This document shows positions 1-9,328 of a DNA stretch of 64,000 bases, piece by piece. Each line of letters starts with the position of its first letter. The stretch's first letter is position 1. A program made the translations under genes and the position numbers. The notes beneath the pieces are model-generated. The model saw only the letters and a list, made by a program, of their open reading frames with translations, was not told the DNA's origin and did no database searches. Source of the DNA: a virus; IMG/VR virus record IMGVR_UViG_3300045973_000445, positions 1 through 64,000 of that record; one strand, given 5' to 3'.

Positions 1-232
1 CACAGGAGACCAAGCTGGATCGCAAGCCACAGGAGACCGAGCTGGATCGCAAGCCACAGGAAACCGAGCTGGATCGCAAGCCACAGGAGACCAAGCTGGA
101 TCGCAAGCCACAGGAAACCAAGCTGGATCGCAAGCCACAGGAAACCAAGCTGGATCGCAAGCCACAGGAAACCAAGCTGGATCGCAAGCCACAGGATACC
201 AAGCTGGATCGCAAGCCACAGGAGACCAAGCT
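1..232 (+). repeat. 27-bp coding tandem repeat, about 8.6 copies (cacagga[g/a/t]acc[a/g]agctggatcgcaagc)
   Basis: Units start at 1, 28, 55, 82, 109, 136, 163, 190 and 217; frame 2 reads (TG[D/N/Y][Q/R]AGSQA)n. Confidence 0.97.
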
Positions 233-469
233 ATGTCTTCTACTTCAGGTCATTATTCTTCCTCTTCCGTTATCGGAAAAGAATCAGTAGCATGCGGATT
301 GGGCTATCAAAACAAAGCTAAGGCATCCTTAGATTCCTGGATTGTTCTTGCTGAAAGAAATGATGATGGTGTTATTAAAAACATCAAAACAGCAAAGATT
401 GATGGGAAGAAAATGAAAGCTGACACCTTTTATATCTTAAAAAGAGGTAGATTTATTTACGTTAAATAA
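2..469 (+). CDS. 5'-truncated phage repeat protein (DUF7666-like, ATGxxxxSxA beta-solenoid repeats)
   Basis: The repeat frame runs without a stop into track ORF 233..469; its C-terminus (WIVLAER...KIDGKKMKADTFY) is typical of this phage family. Confidence 0.75.
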   Translation, partial: TGDQAGSQATGDRAGSQATGNRAGSQATGDQAGSQATGNQAGSQATGNQAGSQATGNQAGSQATGYQAGSQATGDQAMSSTSGHYSSSSVIGKESVACGLGYQNKAKASLDSWIVLAERNDDGVIKNIKTAKIDGKKMKADTFYILKRGRFIYVK

Positions 470-478
470 ATAGAAATC

Positions 479-928
479 ATGAACAACGCACAAAAAAGAA
501 GATTAGTAATTGATACAGTTACTAGTTTAGTAAAAGAAACAGGAAACAAAGGATTAATAAAAGGAGTTAATCAACTCTGTATTCAATTCTTCCCTACAGG
601 TATAAAGTTTCAAGAAACACTAGATGGTATGGTGGGATTGATTCATTGGTGTGAAGATAATCCTGAACATAAGAAAGAACTAGCTACTACTCTAATTCAT
701 GACCTATCGGAGTTTGTGACTCACCGTACTGAAAACTGGTATTGTCCAAGAAGTCTTGATTATGCTAAATACATCAAGGAGAAAAAAAGTTGGACAAAAG
801 AAGAAGTAGACTCAATAAAAAGAGATGCTTTTGATGCTGGGACAAACTGGAAAGAGAAATATTTTAAAATAGTTGATGATAATATTATGATGCCTGACTT
901 TAAAGAATGGGATAAATCTAATTCATAA
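479..928 (+). CDS. hypothetical protein
   Basis: 149-aa ORF; its stop overlaps the primase start (TAATG). Confidence 0.75.
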   Translation: MNNAQKRRLVIDTVTSLVKETGNKGLIKGVNQLCIQFFPTGIKFQETLDGMVGLIHWCEDNPEHKKELATTLIHDLSEFVTHRTENWYCPRSLDYAKYIKEKKSWTKEEVDSIKRDAFDAGTNWKEKYFKIVDDNIMMPDFKEWDKSNS

Positions 929-1824
929 TGGACGTCATTCAATTACTCACCGATTACAACATTCCATATTCCACTGAAGGGAAAAACGTCCATGCGGGAT
1001 GGATTGGTATGAGGTGCATCCATTGTGAAGACGCATCCGATCACCTCGGCTGGAATCTAGATGATGAATTTTTCAGCTGTTGGCGTTGTGGTGCACACAA
1101 AACCACAGATACGATAGCCAAGCTCCTCAACGTGGACTACCGAGAGGCTAAAAATATCATTAGAAAATATGGTGGAGTATCATCCTACACCCCTCCAGAG
1201 ACCGTAGTAAAAACAAACACCAAGCCACATCAACTCCCATCAGGTACTTATCCCTTAGCCCATAATCACATAAGCTACTTGGAACACAGGCGATTTGATT
1301 CTGAGCAATTAGAGTACGACTGGCATCTGCTTGGCACTGGGCCAGTAAGCAAACTCGACGACATCGACTTCAAGCACAGGGTGATTGCACCTATACTCTG
1401 GGATGGTCGACAGGTATCCTTTCAGGGAAGGGATGTGACAGGCAAAAGTGATCTGCGCTACATCACCTGCCCAGAGGACAGGGAAGTTGTGCATCATAAA
1501 AACATACTCTACGGATCTCAAAAGCACTGGGAATCTACAGGCATTGTTTGCGAGGGAATAACTGACGTCTGGCGATTTGGCTTGACAGCCTGCGCCACCT
1601 TCGGGATAAAGTACACAGCTGAACAGGTACGGGTGATCGCTAGATCGTTTAAACGAGTGGCTGTGTGCTTTGATAACGAGCCACAGGCTGTCGCTCAGGC
1701 GAACCAGCTGGTGAGCGAGCTCAAGTTCCGAGGCATCGATGCCTTCCGAATCCCTATCGTGGGTGATCCTGGGGGGATGAAACAACAGGAAGCTAATTAT
1801 TTAGTAAAACAGATACTGATATGA
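928..1824 (+). CDS. DNA primase (Zn finger + TOPRIM)
   Basis: CIHC...CWRC zinc ribbon, VSFQGRD, VCEGITD TOPRIM glutamate, CFDNE, DPG. Confidence 0.9.
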   Translation: MDVIQLLTDYNIPYSTEGKNVHAGWIGMRCIHCEDASDHLGWNLDDEFFSCWRCGAHKTTDTIAKLLNVDYREAKNIIRKYGGVSSYTPPETVVKTNTKPHQLPSGTYPLAHNHISYLEHRRFDSEQLEYDWHLLGTGPVSKLDDIDFKHRVIAPILWDGRQVSFQGRDVTGKSDLRYITCPEDREVVHHKNILYGSQKHWESTGIVCEGITDVWRFGLTACATFGIKYTAEQVRVIARSFKRVAVCFDNEPQAVAQANQLVSELKFRGIDAFRIPIVGDPGGMKQQEANYLVKQILI

Positions 1825-2096
1825 AAGAACTACAAACCATCTTAGGAACAGAAGTCCCGATTTCTACAAGAGGTATTCTATACCTATGTATTTTAAAAAA
1901 TCACAAACTGACAGTTGTCAGAGAGTTATTTTTTACAAGTGGTTGGGAAGCTATGAATGCATATGCTAATATACCCAATCCGGAATCTCAACTGGTAACA
2001 GGAAAAACGTACGATGAGCTAATCAAAGCCCTACACATCCTACACGAGAACATAAAAGACACCAAGTGGATCAAAGAACTTGAAAATTGTATATAA
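1821..2096 (+). CDS. hypothetical protein
   Basis: 91-aa ORF with ATGA overlap to the primase. Confidence 0.7.
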   Translation: MKELQTILGTEVPISTRGILYLCILKNHKLTVVRELFFTSGWEAMNAYANIPNPESQLVTGKTYDELIKALHILHENIKDTKWIKELENCI

Positions 2097-2097
2097 T

Positions 2098-2202
2098 ATG
2101 AAAACAGGAATTTTCCTTTACATCGGACTGCTCATGGTATTATTTATCCTAGCATGGGCTATCAGTGAAGTCTACAAACATCAGAAACCCCGCTGGAGAT
2201 GA
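2098..2202 (+). CDS. small single-TM membrane peptide (34 aa, not in track)
   Basis: MKTGIFLYIGLLMVLFILAWAISEVYKHQKPRWR; fills the gap between genes; ATGA overlap with 2199. Confidence 0.6.
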   Translation: MKTGIFLYIGLLMVLFILAWAISEVYKHQKPRWR

Positions 2203-2393
2203 GAAAGCTACTCCGCCACAAGTGGATAAAGCAGGATGGCTTTCGCAGACACCGATGTGAACATTGTGGATGCCTTCGTGCTTGGGATGCTGGGTGGAAA
2301 CGACTGATGTACTATCATGGGTACGTCCACTCTACATTTAATGCCCCAGAGTGCAAACGAGTATTTCATTGCGACACAATACCTAAAATCTAA
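2199..2393 (+). CDS. small Cys/His-rich hypothetical protein
   Basis: HKW...CEHCGC...PEC pattern; operonic spacing. Confidence 0.65.
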   Translation: MRKLLRHKWIKQDGFRRHRCEHCGCLRAWDAGWKRLMYYHGYVHSTFNAPECKRVFHCDTIPKI

Positions 2394-2396
2394 AAT

Positions 2397-2630
2397 ATGA
2401 AAACACTAATTATTATTACAGGAGTCTCTCTCTTGGGAGCTGTCAGCTTGCTGATCAAAGGCTGTCGTGACGGCAAATCTAAAGAACCGAAGGATGGTAC
2501 AGTAATCTCTTATCAGGATGATGACTCAGATGAATTCTCCCCTGAGAATCTTGATGTTGATAGATGCTTAGAACGACTTAGTCTTCGGAATAAACTAAAA
2601 GAGATTGAAGCAGAACGGGACATGGATTGA
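2397..2630 (+). CDS. hypothetical protein with N-terminal hydrophobic segment
   Basis: MKTLIIITGVSLLGAVSLLIKGC followed by an acidic tail. Confidence 0.65.
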   Translation: MKTLIIITGVSLLGAVSLLIKGCRDGKSKEPKDGTVISYQDDDSDEFSPENLDVDRCLERLSLRNKLKEIEAERDMD

Positions 2631-2635
2631 TGATT

Positions 2636-2683
2636 GCCAGATTGGGATATGGGCTCTGCCCAGAGTCCTAGTCTGGCTTTTTT
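2636..2683 (+). terminator. intrinsic terminator
   Basis: gccagattggg...cctagtctggc stem followed by TTTTTT, right after the stop at 2630. Confidence 0.7.
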
Positions 2684-2736
2684 CGTTTTGATAACTTTCT
2701 TTTTTGTATAATTCCTTAGTTTATAAATTTAAAGTT

Positions 2737-2744
2737 TATGTTTG
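2737..2744 (+). promoter_or_regulatory. Bacteroidota-type -7 promoter box TATGTTTG
   Basis: Matches TAnnTTTG in AT-rich intergenic DNA just before a structured leader. Confidence 0.5.
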
Positions 2745-2756
2745 TGGTGTACTTAT

Positions 2757-2882
2757 CTCAGAGCGAATATGAAAAATAAAAATAACGTCTTTTTGACATA
2801 TTGCCCTTACCGGCATAAATTACCACAAAAACAGTACAGGTCGCTCTGGGGTTTGCGTGGTTTTTTATTGCTTGGTAGGGGC
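2757..2882 (+). ncRNA. putative structured cis-regulatory leader RNA (overlapped by a 47-aa leader ORF 2769..2912)
   Basis: ctcagagcga 2757-2766 pairs with tcgctctggg 2841-2850; 2803-2826 pairs with 2857-2882. Confidence 0.5.
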
Positions 2883-2898
2883 TTTATCTTATATAATT

Positions 2899-3495
2899 AT
2901 GGAAAGATCTAATTCAATTAAAAAAAGTGAATGCCCACATGTACATAAATATAATTCAATATATGATGTATGGAGATTTGGACTATGTGTAGATTGTGAA
3001 ATATCAGATAACTGCCTATCTAAAGAAAACAAACCTAAAGATTCAAATTACTCTGAACTACTAAAGCATCCAGATTGGCAAAGAAAAAGACTTGAAATTT
3101 TACAAAGAGATGATTTTACTTGTCAAATATGCCATGATAAAGAAACTACACTCCACGTCCATCACAAAAAATATAAAGCAAACAGGAAGCCGTGGGAGTA
3201 TGAAAATGATGATTTAACTACAGTTTGTAAATACTGCCATGCAACATTAGAAGTCACAAAAGATAAATACCATCAATATAAAATAAATAAAATAGAAGCC
3301 CTTCTGTTTAATATAATAAGTGAGGAGAATGCTTCACTTAGAGTATATAAAATCACACAATCAACTAATGTAAATATAATACCCGAATATGATCAATATA
3401 TATCAATGATACTTACTAATAACACACATAATACAAGTCAAGTATTTGCCATAGATAAGGAAGATACATCAAAATTAATTGATTTTATAAAATAG
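2899..3495 (+). CDS. HNH endonuclease
   Basis: LLKHPDWQRKRLEILQRDDFTCQIC...LHVHHKKY...DLTTVCKYCH; ATG at 2899 preferred over the track GTG at 2857. Confidence 0.85.
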   Translation: MERSNSIKKSECPHVHKYNSIYDVWRFGLCVDCEISDNCLSKENKPKDSNYSELLKHPDWQRKRLEILQRDDFTCQICHDKETTLHVHHKKYKANRKPWEYENDDLTTVCKYCHATLEVTKDKYHQYKINKIEALLFNIISEENASLRVYKITQSTNVNIIPEYDQYISMILTNNTHNTSQVFAIDKEDTSKLIDFIK

Positions 3496-3502
3496 AATCA
3501 AA

Positions 3503-4222
3503 ATGGCTAAAAGATTTACAGACACTAATAAGTATAAGAAGCCCTTTATAAGGGGCTTACAAGGGGCTTATAAGCTCCTTTGGGATTATCTGTACCATGA
3601 CTGCGATCATGCCGGTATATGGATTGTTGATTTTGAAGTAGCTCAATTATACTTAGGTAAGGATATGCCTGTAAATAAAACAGATGCTTTAAAGTACTTT
3701 AATACAGATGAACAGAGAATTATCGAAGTTGATAATGGTCAGAGATGGTTTATTCCTTCATTTATAGATATACAGTATGGGGAATTAAGTGAAGTTAATA
3801 GAGCTCATAATTCAGTGCTTAATATTTTAAAAACGTATAATCTTCTGGAAAAAATAAAAAAAGAAAACAAGCCCCTTCCAAGCCCCTTAAAAGGGGCTAA
3901 GGATAAGGATAAGGATAAGGACATGGTTAAGGACATGGAAATACAGCCTGAATTTTATGACACATTTTTAAGATGGCTACATTATAAAAGAAACAGAAGA
4001 GAATCTTATAAAGATAAAGATTCTACAACTACTGCATTTAGAAAACTAATGAGATTATCTGAAAGAGATGCTAATATAGCAAAAGATATAATAGAAGATG
4101 CTATTAGCAATAATTATTCTGGATTCTTTGAATTAAAACAAAAAAAGAAAATAGTGCATGGGAATACTACATTTGAAGATATTAAAAAAACAGCTGAAAA
4201 ATATGGAAACAATAACAACTGA
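3503..4222 (+). CDS. phage replication initiator (lambda O / DnaD-like architecture)
   Basis: N-terminal KLLWDYL..CDHAGIW winged-helix-like part, KDKDKD linker with DNA iterons, C-terminal WLHYK...AISNNYSGFF domain. Confidence 0.65.
   Translation: MAKRFTDTNKYKKPFIRGLQGAYKLLWDYLYHDCDHAGIWIVDFEVAQLYLGKDMPVNKTDALKYFNTDEQRIIEVDNGQRWFIPSFIDIQYGELSEVNRAHNSVLNILKTYNLLEKIKKENKPLPSPLKGAKDKDKDKDMVKDMEIQPEFYDTFLRWLHYKRNRRESYKDKDSTTTAFRKLMRLSERDANIAKDIIEDAISNNYSGFFELKQKKKIVHGNTTFEDIKKTAEKYGNNNN
3539..3570 (+). repeat. iteron cluster 1 (AAGGGGCTTA x2, 11-bp period, plus an inverted near-copy)
   Basis: Copies at 3550-3559 and 3561-3570; aagcccttt at 3539-3547. Confidence 0.6.
3869..3899. repeat. iteron cluster 2, candidate replication origin
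   Basis: AAGCCCCTT 3869-3877 and 3880-3888, AAGGGGCTA 3891-3899 (11-bp period), next to an A-rich tract. Confidence 0.6.
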
Positions 4223-4508
4223 GTGTTTGATAAAAAATATGGAAATGATTAAAAACACATTTCCATCTTTAACTCCTGGATTTTTAGATATCCTCTGTGG
4301 GCGTTTTAAAGCTAATGGATTTACTGATGCCCGAATTGATAATGCTGTCAAGGGTGTTATTGATTCTTATAATTACCCAACCCCAACAATAGCTAGTTTT
4401 ATTCAGTTTGATAAAGAAAACCCAATCCGGAAAATGCAGGACGGGGAATGGTACTATCGTGGTGAGGATGGTTTTTATAGAAACAAAAAGGGACAACAAA
4501 TAGACTAA
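4203..4508 (+). CDS. hypothetical protein, positional candidate for helicase loader/adaptor
   Basis: Lies between initiator and helicase; PTIASFI motif; ATG at 4203. Confidence 0.55.
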   Translation: METITTECLIKNMEMIKNTFPSLTPGFLDILCGRFKANGFTDARIDNAVKGVIDSYNYPTPTIASFIQFDKENPIRKMQDGEWYYRGEDGFYRNKKGQQID

Positions 4509-4514
4509 AATAGA

Positions 4515-6083
4515 ATGTCAAAACTAAATGATGAGAAAGATAGATCAGAGATATTAATTATAACTGGTCTAATAACCTCGACTGAGTATCTACAGCAAAT
4601 TCAAAATAGCTGGAATATTCAATATATAGCTTCTCCACCAGCTAAACGCATAGCTGGATGGATATGGGCTTATTTTGATCATTATAATAAAGCACCAGGA
4701 AATATAGAAATTGAAAATATCTTTTATACACGAAGTAAAAATTTATCGGAAGCAGATGCTAAAGATATAGAGGATATACTTAATGAGATCAGTAAAAAAT
4801 ATGAAGATTTAAATTCATTTAATATTCAGTATGCTGTAGATGAAACTCAGAAATATTTTCAGGAGCGTAATTTATATTTACTTTTAAATAATGGACAAGG
4901 GCATCTTCATAAAGGCAATATAGCAGAAGCTGAAAAATTAATTCTTGATTACAAACCAATAGTCAATGCATCAGAGTCAGATTTGGATTTGAGTAGTGAT
5001 GTTTCACTGGACAGAGTAGAAAAGGCATTTAATATAACCAACGTTCCTATTTTGACCTACCCAAAGCAACTGGGAGCATTTTGGAACTCCCAGCTTGTCA
5101 AGGGGGGACTGGTGGCTATTATGGCGAGCGAAAAGAGGGGAAAAACGTTTTTGCTAATGGACATGGCCATCCGAGCTTGTAAGGGGGGGAAGAATGTTTG
5201 TTTTTTCCAAGCTGGGGATATGACGGAAGCACAGCAGATAAAAAGAATCTGTATCTACTTGGCAAAAAAGTCGGATCAGCAACGCTACTGTGGGGAGATG
5301 TGGGAACCTGTCCGAGACTGTATTTTAAATCAAATGGGTAATTGTAAATGTGAAGAGCAGACCAGCGAAGGAGGGGTTTTTAAAGGGGAACAGAGAGAAT
5401 TCTTTAAACAGGAGGTTTCTATCGAGGACTTGATTGAAGCCTATGAAGCATCCCCTGATTATAAACCCTGCACGGCCTGCGATGAATATGACAACAAAGC
5501 ACTGGGCGCTGTTTGGATTCAAAAGGTTGATGTAGGCAATGTTCCGCTGGAAGCGGAGGAGGCTAAGAAAGTTCTATCTGATTTTTTTATAAAGCACAAA
5601 CGACATTTCAAACTCTCCAGCCACGCCAATGGGACTTTGTCCGTTAAGCAGATCCGAGCCATGTTATCTGTTTGGGAAAAGCAGGATGATTGGATACCTG
5701 ATTTGATTGTCATCGACTACGCAGACCTGTTAGTGGGGGAGACTAAAGAATTCCGACATCTCCAAAATGAGATCTGGAAAGACCTCCGTAGGCTGTCACA
5801 GGAGAAGGGTCAGCCGTTGGTTATTACCGCTACTCAGGCAGATGCGAAAGCGTATGATGCTAACAAACTCAAGATGAGTAACTTCTCTGAGGACAAGAGG
5901 AAATATGCTCATGTGACCGCCTGCTACACACTTAATCAAGATCCAAAAGGACGAGAGAAGAGAATCGGATTACTTCGGATCGGAGAACTTCTGGTTCGTG
6001 AGGGGGACTTCAATGTTGGGAATGAAGTCACTGTTCTTCAGAATCTTCGCAGGGGACGTCCCTTCATATCAAGCTACTTCTAA
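4515..6083 (+). CDS. dnaB: DnaB-like replicative helicase
   Basis: Walker A ASEKRGKT, Walker B LIVIDYADLL, ITATQAD, FSEDKRK. Confidence 0.9.
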   Translation: MSKLNDEKDRSEILIITGLITSTEYLQQIQNSWNIQYIASPPAKRIAGWIWAYFDHYNKAPGNIEIENIFYTRSKNLSEADAKDIEDILNEISKKYEDLNSFNIQYAVDETQKYFQERNLYLLLNNGQGHLHKGNIAEAEKLILDYKPIVNASESDLDLSSDVSLDRVEKAFNITNVPILTYPKQLGAFWNSQLVKGGLVAIMASEKRGKTFLLMDMAIRACKGGKNVCFFQAGDMTEAQQIKRICIYLAKKSDQQRYCGEMWEPVRDCILNQMGNCKCEEQTSEGGVFKGEQREFFKQEVSIEDLIEAYEASPDYKPCTACDEYDNKALGAVWIQKVDVGNVPLEAEEAKKVLSDFFIKHKRHFKLSSHANGTLSVKQIRAMLSVWEKQDDWIPDLIVIDYADLLVGETKEFRHLQNEIWKDLRRLSQEKGQPLVITATQADAKAYDANKLKMSNFSEDKRKYAHVTACYTLNQDPKGREKRIGLLRIGELLVREGDFNVGNEVTVLQNLRRGRPFISSYF

Positions 6084-6098
6084 TACTTAAAAATAAAA

Positions 6099-6129
6099 TT
6101 TGTATAATGATCTGTATTTTGTATATTTG
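6099..6129 (+). promoter_or_regulatory. Bacteroidota-type sigma promoter TTTG-N19-TATATTTG
   Basis: TTTG 6099-6102 and TATATTTG 6122-6129 upstream of ATG 6165. Confidence 0.6.
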
Positions 6130-6164
6130 AAAACTAAAATTGTAAACTAATAAAAATTTGAAAA

Positions 6165-7031
6165 ATGAAAACGTTAACTAGAATTGAAATTTTACTTGCA
6201 GCAAACGCACTCATCCGTGTTCTTGAGCTGAAAGCTCCAAACGCACAGGGTGAGAAAGTACCAGTTGTAATTGAAGAAGATGCTAGCGAGGCTGATATCA
6301 CGGCAATCGTAACTGAGGCCGTTGGCTTTATTGAACCGAGGGACGGAGAGCACTTCACAGCGGAAGAGAAAGCTGTCATTCATGAATTTGCCCCAGACCT
6401 TTATGGGGATGCAGTGGTTGATCCTCCAGCTGAAGAACCGGAAGAGACCCTTCTTGATGAGGTTACTGGCGCACAGCGTCTCAGCCAGCTCAAGGACATA
6501 GCAACTTCAAATGACGAGTTTAAGTCGATCCGAGGCCAGCTGTCAAGTTACAAAACGGCAGGAATCCTCAAAGATGCAATGTTGAAGATGCTTAGTGGAG
6601 CAGAAGAATCTACTGGGGACTCCGCAGAGGTTGCTGAAAAGATACATGAGAAGAACATCGAAAGCAAGGGTGTCAACGAGGTAAAAGATGAGACTAAGGC
6701 AAAGGCTACACCAAAAGATAATCCTGAAGATGATGCAGAGATTATTGGATCTCTTGAAAAGGATAAGCCAGCAAAGGTCGTAAAGGATAAGCCAGCAAAA
6801 GCTGACAAGCCAGAGGGAAGCAAAACCAGGGCTGGGATATTTGCTGAGATCTATGCCGAGGGCAAACCGTTGAGTATGTCTGAATGGTCAGAGCAGATGA
6901 ATGCAAGGTACAGTTCTGACTCGCTTGCTGGAGCAAAAACCTTCACTTCGCTTTATATGCAGATTCTGCTTGAACTCGGATTTGTTGTAAAGGGAGCTGA
7001 TGGGAAGTATGTGAAGGCTGGAAAGAAATAA
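6165..7031 (+). CDS. acidic hypothetical protein with possible C-terminal winged helix; own promoter and terminator
   Basis: 288-aa ORF with KDKPAK repeats, bracketed by promoter and hairpin. Confidence 0.75.
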   Translation: MKTLTRIEILLAANALIRVLELKAPNAQGEKVPVVIEEDASEADITAIVTEAVGFIEPRDGEHFTAEEKAVIHEFAPDLYGDAVVDPPAEEPEETLLDEVTGAQRLSQLKDIATSNDEFKSIRGQLSSYKTAGILKDAMLKMLSGAEESTGDSAEVAEKIHEKNIESKGVNEVKDETKAKATPKDNPEDDAEIIGSLEKDKPAKVVKDKPAKADKPEGSKTRAGIFAEIYAEGKPLSMSEWSEQMNARYSSDSLAGAKTFTSLYMQILLELGFVVKGADGKYVKAGKK

Positions 7032-7067
7032 CCCTAACCCAAATCTAGCCTTTTCTGGCCTGAAAGG

Positions 7068-7096
7068 AGTGGTAGCTGTATAAAGCTACCACTTTT
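7068..7096 (+). terminator. intrinsic terminator
   Basis: agtggtagct-gtataa-agctaccact perfect 10-bp stem followed by TTT. Confidence 0.7.
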
Positions 7097-7173
7097 GGTG
7101 GTAGGAGGGCAGAAAGTGCCCTTAAACCAGCCTACGTTTTTAAAATTTACGTTTACTGAAACCTGCATTTTGA

Positions 7174-8301
7174 ATGGAAAGAGGAAACAGCCCTGATTTG
7201 AGTCTTTGGATAAATAAAATACATCAAGGAAATACTCTTGATGTTTTAAGAACAATTCCTTCAGGAATAGTTAACTGCTGTGTGACTTCTCCTCCTTACT
7301 GGGGGTTGAGAGATTATAATACTGCTATATGGGAGGGTGGTGATATGGGGTGTGATCATATTCAAAGAACAAATAAACAAGGAAATAAAACACAACCTTG
7401 CTTTGAAAATACAGTCTTTGAATATAAAAACATTTGTAAAAAGTGTGGTGCTGTAAGAACAGACAATCAAATTGGTCTTGAAAAGACACCAGAAGAATAT
7501 GTAGAAAAGTTAGTTAAGATTTTCAGGGAAGTAAAACGAGTCCTGAGAGATGATGGAATCTTCTGGTTAAATTTAGGTGATTCTTATTATAACTATCGAG
7601 GAGAAACTGATTATCAAGTAAAGCAAACAATATCTTCAAATGAAGCACATACGATGAATTCTGCTTCAGGAAAAAGAAATGTCAAAAACAATACTTTGAA
7701 AGGGAAAGACTTAGTGGGCATTCCCTGGATGACAGCTTTCGCATTGCGAACAGATGGGTGGTATTTGAGATCAGATGTGATTTGGTATAAAAGGAATCCG
7801 ATGCCAGAAAGCGTTACAGATCGTCCTACTAAAAGTCATGAGTATGTTTTCTTATTAACAAAATCACCTCAATATTATTATGATTACAAAGCCATACTTG
7901 AGCCTTATACAGAACCTATGAATCGTTGGGGGGGTCAGAATCTAAAGGCTAATGGTAAAAGTATGTGGGATTTTGGCACAGGACAGCAAACTTATAGAGA
8001 TCGTGATATGCGTCCTGATCCAAATGGAAGTCGTAAAAGAGATGTCTGGGATATCCCCACAAAGCCTTTTAAAGGAAGTCACTTTGCTGTATTTCCTGAA
8101 ACGTTAATTAGACCCATGATAAAAGCAGGATGTCCCAAAGGAGGAGTTGTGATCGATCCTTTTATAGGCTCAGGTACAACTGCTGTTGAATCTAGGAATC
8201 AATTTAAAAACTATATAGGAATCGAACTGAATCCTAAGTATATTGAATTAGCTAATCGGAGGATTAGACGAAGCACAATTCAGTGGATGAAAAATATGTA
8301 A
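7174..8301 (+). CDS. beta-class N4-cytosine/N6-adenine DNA methyltransferase
   Basis: TSPPY catalytic motif precedes DPFIGSGTT SAM motif; HFAVFP. Confidence 0.93.
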   Translation: MERGNSPDLSLWINKIHQGNTLDVLRTIPSGIVNCCVTSPPYWGLRDYNTAIWEGGDMGCDHIQRTNKQGNKTQPCFENTVFEYKNICKKCGAVRTDNQIGLEKTPEEYVEKLVKIFREVKRVLRDDGIFWLNLGDSYYNYRGETDYQVKQTISSNEAHTMNSASGKRNVKNNTLKGKDLVGIPWMTAFALRTDGWYLRSDVIWYKRNPMPESVTDRPTKSHEYVFLLTKSPQYYYDYKAILEPYTEPMNRWGGQNLKANGKSMWDFGTGQQTYRDRDMRPDPNGSRKRDVWDIPTKPFKGSHFAVFPETLIRPMIKAGCPKGGVVIDPFIGSGTTAVESRNQFKNYIGIELNPKYIELANRRIRRSTIQWMKNM

Positions 8302-8323
8302 AAATAAAATTGTATAATTGATT

Positions 8324-9328
8324 ATGAAAAAAGAGGAACTTCTTAAGGCACTAGAAATAGTGAAACCAGGACTCACCAACAAGGATGTAATTGAGCAAGC
8401 CAACTCCTTTGCCTTCGTAGAGGGCAGAGTGGTAACCTACAACGATGAGATCAGCCTAAGCCACCCAGTGGAAGGGCTGACGATCACAGGTGCAATCAAA
8501 GCCGAAGAGCTCCACCAGCTCCTGCGGAAGATAAAAAAGGATGACATTGAGATTGTCATATCAGACAAGGCAATCATCCTGACGGCAGGAAAGGCTAAGG
8601 CTGAGCTGACGCTCCAGCAGGAGATCAAGCTCCCGATAAAGGCAATAGGGGAGAGAGGGGAATGGCTAAAGCTACCTGAAGACTTTATAAAACCGTTGAG
8701 GTTTGCGATGGCTGCCTGTAGTCACGATTCCAGCCAACCCGTCCTGACCTGCGTTCATGTGAACCAGAAAGGGTTTGTTGAGGGCTCAGATAACTATCGG
8801 GTCACCCGATACACCCTTGCCAAAAAGCTACCTGTTAAAACATTCTTAATTCCAGCTACAAGCGTACGAGAGGTGATCAAAATCACTCCGATTGAAATCG
8901 CTGAGGGAGATGGGTGGATACATTTCCGCACAGCGGCAGATACCGTTCTCAGCTGTCGAATATTGGAAGATGCTTATCCTGACACAACCCAGTTTCTGAA
9001 TGTTGAGGGGGTTGAGATTGTGTTCCCGAAGACCATCAAGGATATTCTGGACAGGGCTTCAGTGTTTGCAAAACAGGGAGATGTGGTAAATGAAGAGGTG
9101 TCCGTCACGCTGGAGAACAAACGGATTACGCTAAGGTCTCAGAGTGAAACGGGTAAGTTCGAAGAGGAGTCTAACTCAAGCTACGATGGTGAGATTATCG
9201 AGTTCACTATCGTTCCATATCTGCTCAGGGACATCCTTTCGGAAACACAGGTGTGCGTATACAACGGAAGCATGCTGAAGTTTGAGGGAGAGAACTGGAA
9301 GTATATTAATGCTATAATTGAGAAGTAG
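8324..9328 (+). CDS. dnaN: DNA sliding clamp (Pol III beta-like)
   Basis: About 335 aa; QPVLTCVH, GSDNYR, LEDAYPD match beta-clamp motifs (RPxLxGV, ATDxxR, IxGxYPD). Confidence 0.8.
   Translation: MKKEELLKALEIVKPGLTNKDVIEQANSFAFVEGRVVTYNDEISLSHPVEGLTITGAIKAEELHQLLRKIKKDDIEIVISDKAIILTAGKAKAELTLQQEIKLPIKAIGERGEWLKLPEDFIKPLRFAMAACSHDSSQPVLTCVHVNQKGFVEGSDNYRVTRYTLAKKLPVKTFLIPATSVREVIKITPIEIAEGDGWIHFRTAADTVLSCRILEDAYPDTTQFLNVEGVEIVFPKTIKDILDRASVFAKQGDVVNEEVSVTLENKRITLRSQSETGKFEEESNSSYDGEIIEFTIVPYLLRDILSETQVCVYNGSMLKFEGENWKYINAIIEK

Noticed and set aside
1-232. 27-bp repeat as a CRISPR array or DGR variable region
   Set aside because: Units abut with no unique spacers and translate in frame. Variation involves A positions, but there is no reverse transcriptase or separate template repeat in the window.
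3898-3938. TAAGGA microsatellite-like run
   Set aside because: Encodes the KDKDKD linker typical of initiator proteins; no sign of phase variation.
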